A stretch of 64,000 nt of DNA from an uncultured cyanobacterium. GTDB lineage: Bacteria; Cyanobacteriota; Cyanobacteriia; Cyanobacteriales; CAWCAG01. A program made the position numbers and the translations under genes. Location: assembly GCA_963793425.1 (NCBI GenBank), contig CAWCAG010000005.1, positions 1,632,001 through 1,696,000 of the forward strand. The letters run 5' to 3'. This document shows, piece by piece, positions 20,519-30,530 of this stretch; position 1 is the first letter of the stretch; each line of letters starts with the position of its first letter. The notes beneath the pieces are model-generated. The model did no database searches. It was not told the DNA's origin and worked only from the letters and a program-made list of their open reading frames with translations.

Positions 20519-21352
20519 TATAGCAATTCTAAATGATTTGTGAAAAGGCAGTGAACTTATTTATATTGGGAAAGCTGAAAAGCTTGAATTCAACAAGAAG
20601 TTGAAATATTTGATTAACTATCTTAAAGTTTTTGCCAAAACGATAAAACTTTCGTAATAATGATTTCAATTGTAGCCAGACTGCTTCTACCGGATTTTCT
20701 TCTGGGGCATAAGGTGCAAAAAGATGACAATCTATTTTCCATTTCTGTTTCTTTTTCAAGTATATTTAATGCTCCATAATATGTTTGTCGGTTTCGGCTG
20801 TTTTCAATCTGTATTTTTACTCGTTCAATTGACTGCCCCCAAACCTGCCCACAAAGGTCATCTCCGAGTAAGTGGCATTCGTCAATTGCATATACAGCAA
20901 TCTCTTGTGCTGCTTCAAATACCACATCATACTCTTCTATTAGATGAATCTCTAAATCTCCTATGTCCCAATAATCTTGACAAAGTATCCACTTAACTAC
21001 TTCTTCTATTTCTTGCTCACTTAGCTTTTTTTTGCACCTTTATACCCCAATCTCAATCCTTCTATTCCCTTTGCTTTAAATCTTTTCTTCCACTTACTTA
21101 CAAACCCAGGTGATACGTTGATAATCTCTTTGATTGCACGATAAGCGTAGCCTTGTAAGGCTAGTTTTACTGCTAATGCTCTCTTCATTTCTCTAGCATC
21201 AGGATGAATGTCTAGAAATCTCTGCAATTTTTCTATCTGTTTTTCCACTACACTTTTAGGCTCTTCCATTTCTAGATGCTTCTCTAAAGTATTGGTTTTA
21301 TTTTATCTTTTTTTACGCAATCTATTTTTACATCTCAAATAGAATTGCTATA
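20519..21352 (-). mobile_element. IS630-family element, degenerate and internally deleted
   Basis: Terminal inverted repeats tatagcaattcta (20519-20531) and tagaattgctata (21340-21352) with TA at the ends. Transposase fragments: HTH 21021-21269, DECHL 20623-20925, APYAPEENPVEAVW 20529-20759. Confidence 0.9.
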
Positions 21353-21366
21353 TCTGAAGGGTAATC

Positions 21367-22536
21367 ATGGGAAGTTATAAGCGGATCAAAAAGCCTAGTT
21401 TTCAACCATCTAAAGCTTCACAAAATCCCAATCTACAACAAAAACGTGAGCCAGGGATGCCACAGCAACAACCAAAGGGGCAAACCTTAGAAGAGATGGA
21501 AATTGCTAGGAAGAATGCTGAACGTCTGGGCGACCATATGTTTGATTTTTCTTCAACCTCTCCTCCAGGAGTCCAAGCAAAGTTAAATGTCGGGGAGGCG
21601 GGAGATAAGTATGAACAAGAAGCAGATTCTGTCGCTAGCCAAGTAGTAGAAGAGATTAATTCTTCTCAAGGAGAAGTCGGGCCAAGTGTGATGCGTCAGT
21701 GTGAGGTTTGTGAGGCAGAAAAGGAAAAACCTTCAACTTCTTTGCAGCGTCAAGGAGAGGTCGCCGAAGGTAAAGCTTTAGATGGATTCTTACATGATAA
21801 CGAGAGAGTAGGGCAAGACGGCTTTATTTACCAAGGGGATTATGCACAGGAGTTGACTCCTATGGTGCAGCCAAGAAGAGAACAGATTAATTCTTTTGCT
21901 GTTCCAGAAACAGGGCAAAGGGAAACTGAGCCGAATGTAATGCTTAAGTGTGATGCTTGTGAGGCAGAAAAGGAAGAATCTTCAGTAGTGCGAGCAAAGA
22001 CAACTGTAGAGGAATCAGAGGATAAAGATAGCCAAAAAGCTTTAGAAGCTAGAGAAAAACCTACTGAGCTTGATACAAAAATAGGCACTCCACAAGAAGT
22101 AGCGGCAGCACAATTGGCTATTCCCTTCGCATTACTGGGAACACTTCTTGTTGCTGGAGGTGCAACGGGCATTATCGTCCAATGGGAATATATTAATGGT
22201 ACAGTTGTAGAAATGATGGAAATCGCTGTTGATTGGACAACGGATACAGCTAGTGAAATAACTGATCGTCTTATTGAGGCAGTTGGTGATATAGGAGTAG
22301 TAGGTCATAGCGCCCTCAGAAGATATAGAGGAGCTATAAAAAATGCTATACAAAGTTTGTTAGAACAAAACAAGCCGAGGAGAAAAAGATGCGAATATGT
22401 TGGAGAATTCGGAGGTGCGAGTGGTGTTAAGACATGTAGTTACAATTGTCGTGGATATGGTGCATTGGCAAATTTTGGTTGGCCTGCAAATCAACCATGT
22501 CCACCATCTTTTGAGGGCGATTTTCCTGGGCCGTAG
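21367..22536 (+). CDS. Putative polymorphic toxin with an eCIS/DUF4157-type N-terminus and a small Cys-rich C-terminus
   Basis: VQAKLNVGEAGDKYEQEADSVA, two (R/K)CxxCEAEKE repeats, a hydrophobic helix, and C-terminal CEYVGEFGG...CSYNC...CPP; followed by immunity-like genes. Confidence 0.6.
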   Translation: MGSYKRIKKPSFQPSKASQNPNLQQKREPGMPQQQPKGQTLEEMEIARKNAERLGDHMFDFSSTSPPGVQAKLNVGEAGDKYEQEADSVASQVVEEINSSQGEVGPSVMRQCEVCEAEKEKPSTSLQRQGEVAEGKALDGFLHDNERVGQDGFIYQGDYAQELTPMVQPRREQINSFAVPETGQRETEPNVMLKCDACEAEKEESSVVRAKTTVEESEDKDSQKALEAREKPTELDTKIGTPQEVAAAQLAIPFALLGTLLVAGGATGIIVQWEYINGTVVEMMEIAVDWTTDTASEITDRLIEAVGDIGVVGHSALRRYRGAIKNAIQSLLEQNKPRRKRCEYVGEFGGASGVKTCSYNCRGYGALANFGWPANQPCPPSFEGDFPGP

Positions 22537-22583
22537 TCTTAGTTCTGTGCTTATATTGAAGAGTAATTAATTTTAGAGAAATA

Positions 22584-22988
22584 TTGAAAGTTATGGATAA
22601 TTTTCAAGAGGGTTTGAGAGCTTTTGAGAGCAAAGACTATCAGAAAGCATTTCGGCTACTAGAACCAATTGCAGAAACTGGAAATGCAGAAGCTCAATGT
22701 ATCATTGCTAATATGTACCAGTTAGGAATGGGTAGGAATAGAGATATTTTCCAAGCAGTCAATTGGTATAAAAAAGCTTCTGAAAATGGTTATGGAGTAG
22801 CTTCTAATAATTTGGGAGGGATTTTCTTAACGGGTGACGATGGAATTGAAGTAGATCAATCAGAAGCCAAGGAATGGTATTCTCTAGCTAGGAAGCAGGG
22901 ATTCATCAACACACCTGCCCTAGAAAATTTACCTTCCCTTGCCCAGAGAATATTGGAAGCCCAACAGAAATTTCCCAAGAGTCGTTGA
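22584..22988 (+). CDS. Sel1-like repeat protein (candidate immunity protein)
   Basis: AETGNAEAQCIIANMYQLG, AVNWYKKASENGYGVASNNLG, AKEWYSLARKQG. Confidence 0.85.
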   Translation: MKVMDNFQEGLRAFESKDYQKAFRLLEPIAETGNAEAQCIIANMYQLGMGRNRDIFQAVNWYKKASENGYGVASNNLGGIFLTGDDGIEVDQSEAKEWYSLARKQGFINTPALENLPSLAQRILEAQQKFPKSR

Positions 22989-23006
22989 TGTGGTTATAGT
23001 AGTGCT

Positions 23007-23567
23007 TTGGAAATTTTAGAAAAAATAGAAAACAGCTTTGGTAATTCACTTTATCCTGGTGACAATAATATTGTTTATGACAATAGTGGCAAATCTTTGG
23101 AATGTTTGGATATTGAGCAAGCTTTCCAGGGCAAACACTGGAGAGATATCCCCAGTGAAACCATAATTCACCAAAATTCTGCTCTAACCTTTTTTTCTGT
23201 AGAGGCATTCAGATTCTATTTACCCGCTTATCTTTGTGTGGCCGTAGAGCATTATTATCCCTCTGATGTTATACCTGATTATATAGTTAGTAAATTGACA
23301 TTACCAATAGAAGTAGATGCTTTTAAAGCGGCTTATGATCTCAGGAATTACAAAGAGCTAGAGGTGGAGTTAGCTGAAATTTTGCAAAACCGGTTAGAAA
23401 GTTGTCATCGAAGTGTACATAGATTTATGGAGAGAATGTCAGGTTTTAGTCGTGAACAAGGTAAAACGATCAAAGAGTATTTAGAATATATGCAAGCTCA
23501 TCATGGAGAAGATTATCCTTCGAACAAAATACAAGTAGCTATTGAGCGTTATTGGTTTGTCTTCTAG
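23007..23567 (+). CDS. DUF6714-like protein (candidate immunity protein)
   Basis: IENSFGNSLYPGD, FQGKHW, ALTFFSVEAFRFYLPAYL. Confidence 0.65.
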   Translation: MEILEKIENSFGNSLYPGDNNIVYDNSGKSLECLDIEQAFQGKHWRDIPSETIIHQNSALTFFSVEAFRFYLPAYLCVAVEHYYPSDVIPDYIVSKLTLPIEVDAFKAAYDLRNYKELEVELAEILQNRLESCHRSVHRFMERMSGFSREQGKTIKEYLEYMQAHHGEDYPSNKIQVAIERYWFVF

Positions 23568-23581
23568 AAACTGAGTAACTA

Positions 23582-24079
23582 ATGTCAGAAATAACTTGGG
23601 AACTAGGGAAAACCTATAATTGGCGCGATGCTTTCAAAACACCAATCTTAGATTGGGCAAAACCGTTATTACCCCTATTCAATTTGCCCCCAAATATCGT
23701 TACACATCTGCCTTTACTTACATCCGTTAATCAGCAAATTGATACAGAACTAACTCAGGGCTACCGTTGGGCTAGAGAAAACCAGCACTTAGGAGTCTTA
23801 GTTAGAGATAAATATGGATTTATAGATAAGACAGGAAAAATAGTTATAGAGCCACAATTTGACCAAGTTCATTACTTTTCAGAAGGATTAGCTAGCATAA
23901 GTACAGGTAAGTATAGACGTAAATGTAGTGGCTACATTGATAAAACAGGGGAGGTAGTTATACCTGCACAATTTGATATAGCAGCAAGCTTTTGTTCTGG
24001 AATAGCATCAGTATGGATTGATTCTCAGGAAGGATATATTAACAGAAAGGGTGAATATATCTGGGAACCAACCAACTAG
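23582..24079 (+). CDS. WG-repeat protein fused to an unrelated N-terminal segment (possible chimera)
   Basis: KYGFIDKTGKIVIEPQFD..FSEGLA, GYIDKTGEVVIPAQFD and GYINRKG repeats occur only in the C-terminal half. Confidence 0.75.
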   Translation: MSEITWELGKTYNWRDAFKTPILDWAKPLLPLFNLPPNIVTHLPLLTSVNQQIDTELTQGYRWARENQHLGVLVRDKYGFIDKTGKIVIEPQFDQVHYFSEGLASISTGKYRRKCSGYIDKTGEVVIPAQFDIAASFCSGIASVWIDSQEGYINRKGEYIWEPTN

Positions 24080-24183
24080 TTTTTAGCAAATATCTAATTT
24101 ATATCAAATATTAGAAACAAAATAAAATGATTAATGTTGATCCTTTGAGTATGGAGTGATTAAACTAAAATATTTATTAGTTA

Positions 24184-25011
24184 ATGAAAAGCTCAAATAT
24201 ATCCAGTTTATTAAAACAGTGTAGTTCTGGTGAACCTCAACAGCAAGCACCCGCAATTATAGAGTTAGTAAAAATAAAAGCATACTCTGCTGTGACAATT
24301 TTACTAGAATTGCTGCAATCAACAGATGAGTCTATTCGCTCCAATGCAGCATACGCTCTTGGACGTTTGGGAGAAAGAGAAGTTGAATCTGTTGGACCAG
24401 CTCTGATAAGCTTGCTAGAAGATCCAGAAACCCTGGTGAGATCAGATGCAGCAGAGTCTCTTGGTTTACTTGCCTATCAACCCGCACGAGAGGCTGTTGA
24501 GTTTCTGTTGCAAAATGATACGGAGCCATTTATTCGTGCTGATGCTGCTGAGACTCTTGGAGACTTAGGAGATGCCCAAGCTATAGATTCTTTAAAACTA
24601 GCTATGGAAGATCCTGATTCTTCAGTGCGTTCCTACGCAGCAAATTCTCTCGGTTTATTAGGTACGTCCGAGTTAATACCACAACTTCAAGCTTACTTAG
24701 ACTCAGAAGATTATTTAGAAGTAAAGGCAGAATTATGGGGCGCTCAATATAGGTTAGGGCGAGAAAAAGCCTTGGAAGAATTTTTGCAAGCTTTAAGGGA
24801 TACTGACGAGGATTTAGCAACAAATATGTTGAATGTTTTAGATGATTTATTATCTCGCAATTTACCTCCAACAATTACTAGGGATGCAGAACATATTGAT
24901 GATATTTTGAGTTTAGTTCAAAATCGTTTTTTATTGTTGTCTCCTCATGCTCAGAAGCTCAGGAATAAATTGATTGATATACAAAGAGGCAATGCTAGAG
25001 CAGAGACTTAG
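24184..25011 (+). CDS. HEAT-repeat (PBS lyase-like) protein
   Basis: Repeated IRSNAAYALG, VRSDAAESLG, IRADAAETLG and VRSYAANSLG. Confidence 0.9.
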   Translation: MKSSNISSLLKQCSSGEPQQQAPAIIELVKIKAYSAVTILLELLQSTDESIRSNAAYALGRLGEREVESVGPALISLLEDPETLVRSDAAESLGLLAYQPAREAVEFLLQNDTEPFIRADAAETLGDLGDAQAIDSLKLAMEDPDSSVRSYAANSLGLLGTSELIPQLQAYLDSEDYLEVKAELWGAQYRLGREKALEEFLQALRDTDEDLATNMLNVLDDLLSRNLPPTITRDAEHIDDILSLVQNRFLLLSPHAQKLRNKLIDIQRGNARAET

Positions 25012-25024
25012 AAATTAGACTGCT

Positions 25025-25206
25025 ATGGAACTCATATCTCCCTGGGACGATTCAGAAAGTAGTGATTGGTTACGAATCCTATCTTTACCAACCCTAGAAT
25101 GGACGCAACCCTTCATCCCTCTATTAGGTTGGCCTCAAGAATTAAAAGAATAGAAAAAAGCTTTGGTAACTCACCTTATCCTGGTGACAATAACATTTTT
25201 TTATAA
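25025..25206 (+). pseudogene. Fused remnants of two immunity-like genes
   Basis: MELISPWDDSESSDWLRILSLPTLEWTQPFIPLLGWP resembles the N-terminus of 23582; IKRIEKSFGNSPYPGDNNIFL* resembles the N-terminus of 23007. Confidence 0.65.
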
Positions 25207-25211
25207 AATGA

Positions 25212-26840
25212 CTAAGAACTTTTAACTACAAATTCTAAAGCTTGCCCATAAGTACTACCAAACTTGATTTGCACCCCAGAATTCAAAGCTACTTCTTGAT
25301 GATGGATTCTTTGCCAACCTTGGGGTGTTGATAAAAAGGTTCCATAGCGAGAAAAATCCCTGAGAAAATAATTCTTTTCTAAATCTTGCCCAGCAAAAAT
25401 TTCTCGACAAATAATTTGAGCATGGTTTTGTGAAACCCATTTTTCTTGAATTACTAAATCGTTTTCCCGGCGACGACCTACTCGCATCAATCCACCACGA
25501 ATATACCAAACTTGACTAACATTATCTACAGAATGAATAGAAGCTACTAGTTTCGGTTGAGAAGGTGACTTACTCGATGTCGGCATCACAGGAAGTTCAG
25601 TAATCCCTTCGTCCACAGCTTTGATTAGTTTGCCATCAAACTCTGGGTGCATATAAAGAATGGGTAGAGTCCAGGCAGGTTGATTAAACTTATAAAGAGT
25701 TAATAGCTGCTGCCTCGCCACTGCTACTGCTTGATCAATAGCCATTCTTTCACAGAGGGATTCTGCAAGAGCCTGGATAAAACTAAGGGCTTCATCATCG
25801 GCAATAGGATCTCTCATGCCTAAGACAGCCGGAACACCATGGTGAATCAACACCTCTGCTAGGCTACTACGCTTGATAGCTAGTTTACCAATACGATCTG
25901 GTTGAGCGCCCCAGCAAGCATTGAAAACTGCTAAGGTAACTTTATTTCTTACCAAGACTTGGGCTAATTCTGTACCGTTGATGGTAGCATCAGGGCGCAG
26001 AAAAAGTAATCCTCCATCTGGGGCAGGGACACAATGCCCTGCATAGATCAAAACATTATATTTTTCTGTTTCTAAAGCCTCAATTAAAGTCGCTGGGGTG
26101 GGCTGAATCAAAGAATCAACACAAGCAGGTACAGGATAAACAAATTTGTTTAAATCCGGCTGAAGTTGATTTTGTTGTTCAACTACTTTAGCCAAAGTTG
26201 CGGCTTCTTGCTCTAGTTTAAGGGAGTTGAATTGCTCATGTTTTTGTTCGTCATGACCTAATACCAAAAGGATATTCAATTCTTCTTGAGCTGGATATCG
26301 CTTCAAAGGGTCAACATCGTTAGTGGTACGACTAAACAAAAGCTGTTGGTTCAAAGAAATTGCTTGCTTGCCTGCTTCTGGTTGCATAATTTCCCAAGGC
26401 AGAGAAATTAAGTTGGGGTCGCGCATTTCTAGACGTAGACGGAGAGGCTTATTTTGACCAATGGCAATACCTTGACTTTGGGCCAAGCTATTACGTATTA
26501 AACCTTTAAACAGCCACTGCCACAAATTAATACCAAAATCTTGCATCAATCTGCTGCCATAACCTTGGGAAGAATCTCCATTAGAAATATCTAGCTCTGA
26601 GGAGGATGGCAGGGTAGAATTTGGCTCTAGTGGGAAAGGTAAGTGGGGATCTCCTTCAATAGAGAACATTTCTTGCCAGGCTAGCCATTTTTGGGTCAAC
26701 TCTTCTGACCAAATACAGTCATGGTGAACATAACCCCCTGGAAAAGGAGCTTTGAGAATCCAAATAGCAAAGTTTTCTGATCCTGCCTGAGTCAGACGAG
26801 CGATCGCAAGACTGAGGCTGGGAGTAAAGCCTGAAGACAT
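25212..26840 (-). CDS. CHAT domain protein with C-terminal FHA domain
   Basis: LISLPWEIM, IYAGH, AVFNACWG, GVPAVLGM, AWTLPILY; FHA motifs RVGRRRENDLVIQEKWVSQNHA and DFSRYGT. Confidence 0.9.
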   Translation of the reverse strand: MSSGFTPSLSLAIARLTQAGSENFAIWILKAPFPGGYVHHDCIWSEELTQKWLAWQEMFSIEGDPHLPFPLEPNSTLPSSSELDISNGDSSQGYGSRLMQDFGINLWQWLFKGLIRNSLAQSQGIAIGQNKPLRLRLEMRDPNLISLPWEIMQPEAGKQAISLNQQLLFSRTTNDVDPLKRYPAQEELNILLVLGHDEQKHEQFNSLKLEQEAATLAKVVEQQNQLQPDLNKFVYPVPACVDSLIQPTPATLIEALETEKYNVLIYAGHCVPAPDGGLLFLRPDATINGTELAQVLVRNKVTLAVFNACWGAQPDRIGKLAIKRSSLAEVLIHHGVPAVLGMRDPIADDEALSFIQALAESLCERMAIDQAVAVARQQLLTLYKFNQPAWTLPILYMHPEFDGKLIKAVDEGITELPVMPTSSKSPSQPKLVASIHSVDNVSQVWYIRGGLMRVGRRRENDLVIQEKWVSQNHAQIICREIFAGQDLEKNYFLRDFSRYGTFLSTPQGWQRIHHQEVALNSGVQIKFGSTYGQALEFVVKSS

Positions 26841-26933
26841 TCCTCGCCTATATTGAGTAAAAAAGCAAGCCCATATTAATTATGGAGTATGAAGTATAAG
26901 TTTTTAAGCTACTACACCCAGATATCTGCATTT

Positions 26934-29237
26934 TTATGGTATTTCTTTAGGAGTTATAGTAGCAGGTTGGCACTGACCAATTACTTCTTGAGTAGATAAG
27001 TTACTTGAGGCGGTAACTTTGACTAGTTGTGCTGTTTCAATCCATCCGGAATCTTGGGTTAATGGAGTTGGAGTATTAGGAGATGGTGAAGGATTGGGGG
27101 AAGCTACTTGGGGAACTTGGCAAACTTGTACTCCTAGCCATTGAGGAGATGATGACGAAACTGAATTGATTTGTATGATACTTCCTGAAGGAATTTCTTT
27201 AATCGCTTTAGTTTGCTCTGGACTTCCTTCTTCTCTTGCTTGAAGGATGACTGCTTCAGAGAGTTGGAGGCGTGTTCCTGGCTGCCAAGTGGATGGGTTG
27301 AGGGCAGGAGGGGTAGTAGCCTCTGGCGTAGGAGATGGAGTAATTGCTGGAGTAGGGCTTACTTCTACTTCTCTGGTTAAAAGCTGATCTACTCTATTCT
27401 TAAAATTGGAGTTGAAAAAATACAAAGCCATTGCTCCTAAACCAGATGCTATAACTAACAACAGCACTAATAAACCGATTAAATGAGAACGACGCGGTCT
27501 GATTTTTCTTTCTTGAGAAGTAGAGGGGACGGTGGGAGAAGTTTGTAAGGTAGTAGGGCTAGAAGACTGTACTTGAGTCGTTGCCCCTTGTGTTGGAGCT
27601 GGTTTTGGGCTAGGAGAGGCAGTATATTTTAGGTTGTTGGGGAAAGCTAAAGCTGTTTGATTAGACTCGCTACTTGTTGAGTTTACTTGGCAGTAAAGCA
27701 ATGCAACAGTAGCATTGTCGTGACCATTTTTTTCATTGGCAATTTTAATCAAACGCTTTGTCGATGCTGCGACATCACCATTTTTGAGTACAGGTAGGAT
27801 TTCTCTTTCCCAATACTCCTCTACTCGATCTGAATCGCTTAACCCATCAGAACAAAGAAGAAAAACACTATTTTCATCTAAAATAACTCGCTGTACCGTC
27901 GGATGAAGAGTTTGAGAAGAACCCATACCTAAAGCTTGAACCAAAGAGCCAGAGGAAGGATTTTGGGTGGCATCTCGATAAAGAGAGTAACCCAGGCGTA
28001 CTTCTCTAGAAGCAACATCATCATCTATGGTGAGCTGATAACAACCTCCAGGAGTAATTAAATAGATTCGTGAGTCTCCCACATGGGAGATGTACATTTC
28101 GTGGTAGTGGGCAAAGGCAGATACTAAGGTTGTCCCCATTCTTTGCCTTTCATGGCGCTGTTCGCTATCATTAACCTCGCTGACAGTATCGTTAGCGACA
28201 GCAATAGCATTTTCTAAGGAATGGACAATTTTATAAGGATTCCAATGTTCTGGGTCAAAAGTCAAGTTTTCGACCCCTTCTCGCATTTTGGCGATTGCTA
28301 AAGCAGAAGCTACTTCTCCCCCCTCATGGCCACCAATACCATCACAAACAATCGCTAAAGCATCATGGTTTTGTTGAGGTGTTACTAACTGCTCAGCAGG
28401 GGGATAACAAGCATCTTCATTGCGATCGCGACTAGGGCCAGCATCAGTACTAGTAAAAATTTGATAATTTCTTTTTTGAGAGCGTCCGCATTTTAATCCT
28501 GCCCGATCTAAAACACCTACTAGTTGCGCTGGATCTACTAAGATTTCTTCAGTTAGTTTAGAGCAAAGTTGCTGTAAGAAATTCTCTAAGATGGGGGATG
28601 CCCCCGGTAGCCAAGATTGCCATAAATTTCCCAACTCAGCTAAGGATGGCTCGCTACTTTTCGGCTCTAAATTTAACTGACGTAGTTTGAATACGGCCCC
28701 ATTCACCCTCAGTAATTCAGGACTAAGCAAGCTAGAAGCAAGACCCTGATTCTTGAGAGGTTGCCACAACCTGGCCATCTGCCAGAGCCAATTAATCTGT
28801 CTTAGGGCTGTTGCACCTTGCCATACTTGTTCAATAGGAAGGAAAAAATCCCATAAAGATTGGTTAGGAAAAGTTTGTGTTGCCAAGAAACCGTACTCCA
28901 ATAACCAAATTGGTTCTTTCCCTTTACGAGTTTGTTCTGGGAGCAAGCCATAAATTTGGGGAATATTGAAGCGAAAAGGAAATAGCTTGAGATAAGGAGT
29001 AACCTGACTAGGAATTTCTTCGATGGTTACAGGAGGTAATTTCGGTTTCGTATCTACTACTACCCCTTCTTCTTCAATCAAATAGCGGTTGGCAATCAGT
29101 GTTCCTGGTTGATAGCTTTTTATCCCTTCCCCCAAAGCATAAAGATGGAGTTTCCCAGAGGAGTTATCTTGCTTCGCACCGAACCTACTATTTGGATTGT
29201 TGGGAGAATTGAACATGAGATTACTTGCTATATTCAA
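26934..29237 (-). CDS. PP2C-family Ser/Thr phosphatase with a degenerate kinase-like N-terminus and TM anchor
   Basis: TDAGPSRDRNED, VCDGIGGHEGG, MGTTL, HVGDSRIY, LCSDGLSD, GHDNAT. Confidence 0.9.
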   Translation of the reverse strand: MNIASNLMFNSPNNPNSRFGAKQDNSSGKLHLYALGEGIKSYQPGTLIANRYLIEEEGVVVDTKPKLPPVTIEEIPSQVTPYLKLFPFRFNIPQIYGLLPEQTRKGKEPIWLLEYGFLATQTFPNQSLWDFFLPIEQVWQGATALRQINWLWQMARLWQPLKNQGLASSLLSPELLRVNGAVFKLRQLNLEPKSSEPSLAELGNLWQSWLPGASPILENFLQQLCSKLTEEILVDPAQLVGVLDRAGLKCGRSQKRNYQIFTSTDAGPSRDRNEDACYPPAEQLVTPQQNHDALAIVCDGIGGHEGGEVASALAIAKMREGVENLTFDPEHWNPYKIVHSLENAIAVANDTVSEVNDSEQRHERQRMGTTLVSAFAHYHEMYISHVGDSRIYLITPGGCYQLTIDDDVASREVRLGYSLYRDATQNPSSGSLVQALGMGSSQTLHPTVQRVILDENSVFLLCSDGLSDSDRVEEYWEREILPVLKNGDVAASTKRLIKIANEKNGHDNATVALLYCQVNSTSSESNQTALAFPNNLKYTASPSPKPAPTQGATTQVQSSSPTTLQTSPTVPSTSQERKIRPRRSHLIGLLVLLLVIASGLGAMALYFFNSNFKNRVDQLLTREVEVSPTPAITPSPTPEATTPPALNPSTWQPGTRLQLSEAVILQAREEGSPEQTKAIKEIPSGSIIQINSVSSSSPQWLGVQVCQVPQVASPNPSPSPNTPTPLTQDSGWIETAQLVKVTASSNLSTQEVIGQCQPATITPKEIP

Positions 29238-29308
29238 CCATCACCTTGAGGGGTGCTGGGGGTGGAACTGGAATGGTGTTTTATAGTTTCATTGAGAATT
29301 TTGCTCTT

Positions 29309-29584
29309 TTATTCTCGCTCTTGAAGAATTTCTTGGGAATAATTTTGATTCTTTAATATACTGCTTTTAATTAATTGAGGCCAAATTAACAAAAAGTAAG
29401 TCCACCAAAGCAAAATGGGTAAAGAAATTAACAAAGTCAGCCAAATGGTTTTTGTCAATAACCAACTTCCAGCTATTACTACTGTACCAGTTAATAAAAT
29501 TGACCAAGGCTGACACCACCAAGGTTTATAGTTCCAAGGGTTTAGGGAGTCTTGATTGAACACTTGGTTAGTATTTTCCTGCAT
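29309..29584 (-). CDS. Small membrane protein (DUF6737-like)
   Basis: [18 protein letters not shown] followed by two TM helices. Confidence 0.75.
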   Translation of the reverse strand: MQENTNQVFNQDSLNPWNYKPWWCQPWSILLTGTVVIAGSWLLTKTIWLTLLISLPILLWWTYFLLIWPQLIKSSILKNQNYSQEILQERE

Positions 29585-29921
29585 CTTCTGGACTTTCTAT
29601 TCTTGGCAGCCCCATACTGTAGTTAAGAACACGACTATTGAGGTTATAACTAAGTTGGCCGCTCTGTAAAAGAGAACGGATAAAATGTTCTAAATCAGAA
29701 CCAATGCGGCGCAAATTATATTCTGTTAAATCTTGATCCCCGCAGGACTCAACCAACTCATCAAATTTACGATAAATCCCCTGTAGGATTTCTTCACTCC
29801 AATCGAACTCATTATCTGGATCGACATCCAAAGTTAATACTCCGTCACTCTCATGAAGCTCATTATCCTTAACCTCAGCAGCAAAAATTCTGATGTGGCG
29901 GGTAGTGGATTTCAACAGCAT
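29568..29921 (-). CDS. ndhM: NDH-1 subunit M
   Basis: [48 protein letters not shown]. Confidence 0.96.
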   Translation of the reverse strand: MLLKSTTRHIRIFAAEVKDNELHESDGVLTLDVDPDNEFDWSEEILQGIYRKFDELVESCGDQDLTEYNLRRIGSDLEHFIRSLLQSGQLSYNLNSRVLNYSMGLPRIESPEDAGKY

Positions 29922-29978
29922 AGTAACTTCCTGCTTCTTTATACTTATTAAAATTGTAAGGGATTATTGATGGTTAAT

Positions 29979-30530
29979 TCAGCGCGAAATCATCCCTGTT
30001 TGGCGGGCATAGGCAAATATACCCCCCGCATCAATTACTGGCCCCACTTCGCCCAAGGATTTGAGAGGATAAACTTTCTTACCTAAAGAGTGATTAATAA
30101 GCTGATTCTGCTCAAAATCAATGGTAATTTCCTGACCAGTTACGAATTCTGAGGATAATAACTGAGTAGATTCCCAGGGATACAGTTCTCCTGTTGCTGA
30201 ACAGTTACGGAAGAAAATACGGGCATAGGAACCAGCTACTACTGCTTGAACTCCTGCTGCCCCTAAAGCAATGGGGGCGTGTTCACGGGAAGAGCCACAG
30301 CCAAAATTATCTCCAGCAATGATAATGGGATACTCTGTTTTCATTGCTCCTGGCTCAATAAAACGAGGGTAATGATCTGGTAAACCAACTAAAGCATAGC
30401 TACCTAATTTGGCATATTCATCAGGTTTGGAGGGAACTAAAGTTAAGTACTCCGCTGGGATGATTTGATCCGTATCGATATTATCTCCTACCACAAAAAT
30501 TTTGCCCCTAATTACCTTTCCCATAGCCAA
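29979..30530 (-). CDS. leuD: 3-isopropylmalate dehydratase small subunit
   Basis: DNIDTDQIIPA, NFGCGSSREHAP, SYARIFFRN. Confidence 0.93.
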   Translation of the reverse strand: MAMGKVIRGKIFVVGDNIDTDQIIPAEYLTLVPSKPDEYAKLGSYALVGLPDHYPRFIEPGAMKTEYPIIIAGDNFGCGSSREHAPIALGAAGVQAVVAGSYARIFFRNCSATGELYPWESTQLLSSEFVTGQEITIDFEQNQLINHSLGKKVYPLKSLGEVGPVIDAGGIFAYARQTGMISR

